Source: Phallusia mammillata
Taxonomy: Eukaryota
Assembly: GCA_965637545.1 (NCBI GenBank)
Contig: OZ281500.1
Location: 9,176,001-9,240,000 of the forward strand
Direction of reading: 5' to 3'
DNA length: 64,000 nucleotides
The position numbers were made by a program, and so were the translations under genes. A model generated the notes under the pieces. The model did no database searches and was not told the origin of the DNA. It worked only from the letters and a program-made list of their open reading frames with translations. Below, one piece after another: positions 63,401 through 64,000 of this stretch. Position 1 is the stretch's first letter, and every line of letters starts with the position of its first letter.

Positions 63401-63497
63401 TTCTCTGTTCCCGTTGGAGCGAAGTGTTTTCCGTAGTGAGTCGATCCTCGGCACGCTTGCTTAAATCCAGTTCACTCTTTGTCGCTTCAAGGCGCCC
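45491..63497 (-). CDS. TPR: Nucleoprotein TPR (nuclear basket coiled-coil protein), 3' portion; 5' exons beyond window end
   Basis: 34 phase-consistent exons: 63336-63497, 63104-63208, 62522-62710, 61560-61730, 58603-58747, 58256-58389, 57838-57924, 57430-57580, 56776-57026, 56325-56429, 55665-55880, 55144-55313, 54379-54541, 54203-54265, 53536-53739, 53379-53477, 52788-52883, 52637-52714, 50258-50441, 49940-49987, 49540-49787, 49326-49475, 49121-49201, 48703-48816, 48141-48350, 47904-48006, 47651-47838, 47486-47588, 47055-47230, 46486-46696, 46006-46166, 45831-45898, 45672-45751, 45491-45543. TPR motifs EQRNQSVLLSNLQ, YQREMILH, EQLLDVIKFLRREKEIADTKCE, VRRVGRRYKLQYEEL, ATAFVHP, acidic tract, VPCTPTL and RSVPTTPL. 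Boundaries in the low-complexity tail (46696 acceptor, last two exons) are less certain. Confidence 0.92.
50480..50700 (+). mobile_element. Short interspersed HINE-like element, family 2, copy A
   Basis: Begins AACTAGAATAGTGGTTTTCC and ends CTAATGGGTCCCCACAC plus a palindrome; homologous to 59727-59880. Confidence 0.55.
50725..50870 (+). mobile_element. Truncated HINE-like family 2, copy B
   Basis: Repeats the 5' end AACTGGAATAGTGGTTTTCCTATATATT of copy A; 3' terminal motif absent; end approximate. Confidence 0.45.
51197..51575. repeat. Tandem duplication, two ~150-170 bp copies with ~229 bp period
   Basis: Shared blocks TTAATTCCAACCAGTGAGAAAATGGT, ACTGCGTTCATG, GAAGCAGAGGCATTTTT, CACTATCGTCAA and CACTCCCATTGCGTC occur twice (from ~51197 and ~51426). 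Confidence 0.85.
51660..52266 (+). mobile_element. Helentron-associated non-autonomous element (HINE/pearl-like) with two 157-bp tandem units
   Basis: Starts AACAAGG; two ~157-bp units (CACG anchors at 51891 and 52048); A-rich spacer; 3' end AAAAACAATATGTGCCACCTTCAGGGAAGGGGACCCATAA, nearly identical to the end of the 61 kb copy. The 5' boundary is approximate. Confidence 0.65.
54663..54857. mobile_element. hAT-like MITE, 195 bp, in TPR intron
   Basis: Imperfect TIRs CAGTGTTTTTTTAAGGTGTTTTGGGGGACCG versus reverse complement of right end CAGGTTTTTTTTTAAGGTTTGGTTTGGGTGACCG; exact 8-bp TSD GTTACAGA at 54655-54662 and 54858-54865. Confidence 0.8.
57988..58064. repeat. Short direct repeat (~52-bp period)
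   Basis: AACGTTTT(G)CCCAAACCCGGCTAG occurs twice. Confidence 0.75.
58795..59560. mobile_element. Non-autonomous hAT (Buster/Charlie-type) DNA transposon, 766 bp, in TPR intron
   Basis: TIRs CAGGGGTGGGCAAACT / AGTTTACCCGCCCCTG (14/16 match), subterminal GGCCCGCGGGCC motifs; exact 8-bp TSD CCATAGCC at 58787-58794 and 59561-59568. Confidence 0.9.
59727..59880 (+). mobile_element. Short interspersed HINE-like element, family 2, copy C
   Basis: AACTAGAATGGTGGCTTTC ... CTAATGGGTCCCCACACGCGTGT; same termini as 50480-50700. Confidence 0.55.
60042..60096. repeat. Short tandem repeat (31-bp period)
   Basis: TTAACTTTGTTTCGYAAAACGAGT occurs twice. Confidence 0.8.
60670..61260 (+). mobile_element. Helentron-associated non-autonomous element (HINE/pearl-like) with ~3 157-bp tandem units and (GAAAAAA)n microsatellite
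   Basis: 157-bp period (TTTTACG anchors at 60824 and 60981); microsatellite 61138-61213; terminal hairpin GTCCCCTTC-agg-GAAGGGGAC (61234-61254) followed by CCATAA. The 5' boundary is uncertain. Confidence 0.7.
61138..61213 (+). repeat. (GAAAAAA)n microsatellite
   Basis: About ten consecutive GAAAAAA-type units, directly visible. Confidence 0.95.
61792..62148. mobile_element. Non-autonomous hAT (Buster/Charlie-type) element, 357 bp, in TPR intron
   Basis: Ends CAGGGGGGAAAC... and ...GTTGCACACCCCTG (degenerate TIR), subterminal CCGCGGGCC/CGGCCC motifs; exact 8-bp TSD TTTTAAAG at 61784-61791 and 62149-62156. Confidence 0.8.
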
Positions 63498-64000
63498 CTG
63501 TGCAAAAAACATAGGTTTACTGTGTGAAAACAGTGGAAGAGTGATCACTGTTCAAAAAAACTTCGCACATACATTTTGTGTCAATACTGCTTCATACAGC
63601 TTTAGGTAAACGCGCATGTCCAAAAAAAGCTACAGAATGTACAGGGCAAATTTGCATTTTAGAACACGTCTTGTGTTCAAACCATTTCATTTTTTTTACT
63701 CGTTTAAAAATTTATTACTGCAATATTTTACGCTTTGTCACGTGGCATATTAAAACCATAGGTTTCAAAGGCATACAAGAAAACACCAGTGACACAAAAC
63801 TTTTTAATAAAGTCTAAAATCGTTTCCGAACCTCTAGGTGGAAAACAACTGATTAAAGTCAGTCCAGATTTTAAAGCTGCGAATCCCGTTTACCTTAAAC
63901 CGTTTTGACAAAAAAGGGTTGTATCATAATTATAAAAAGTAGGTAGACAAAATATATTTTAATTTTGAAAAAGTCGTATGAGATGCAATTAAAACGTCTT

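Noticed and set aside
1-64000. CRISPR arrays, rRNA, tRNA, snRNA, autonomous transposase/RT genes, prokaryotic-type systems
   Set aside because: None seen; the sequence is spliced eukaryotic DNA and the repeats lack spacer structure.

Overview
Eukaryotic, intron-rich animal DNA, probably an invertebrate chordate such as an ascidian (inferred from protein similarity, short introns and mosaic CpG content). I reconstructed four spliced genes by hand from splice sites and reading-frame phases. (1) A FREM2-type FRAS1-family extracellular-matrix gene on the minus strand, 19 exons at 31202-11345, encoding signal peptide, NV domain and the CSPG repeats; its expected Calx-beta exons were not found in the remaining 11.3 kb. 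(2) VPS26C/DSCR3 (+, 38427-39717, complete). (3) TMEM165/GDT1 (-, 43507-41378, complete). (4) The 3' part of nucleoporin TPR (-, 63497-45491, 34 exons; the 5' end lies beyond the window). The right third holds four hAT-type non-autonomous transposons with exact 8-bp target-site duplications and several Helentron-like (HINE/pearl-type) elements, two of which carry 157-bp satellite-like tandem units. Other points of interest: one or two GC-AG introns in TPR, a CpG-depleted block over VPS26C/TMEM165, and candidate orphan exons divergent from VPS26C. I found no rRNA, tRNA, CRISPR array or autonomous transposon, and no evidence for a wholly new biological system. Most short ORFs in the supplied track are antisense shadows or chance. 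All homology statements come from recalled sequences, not database searches.
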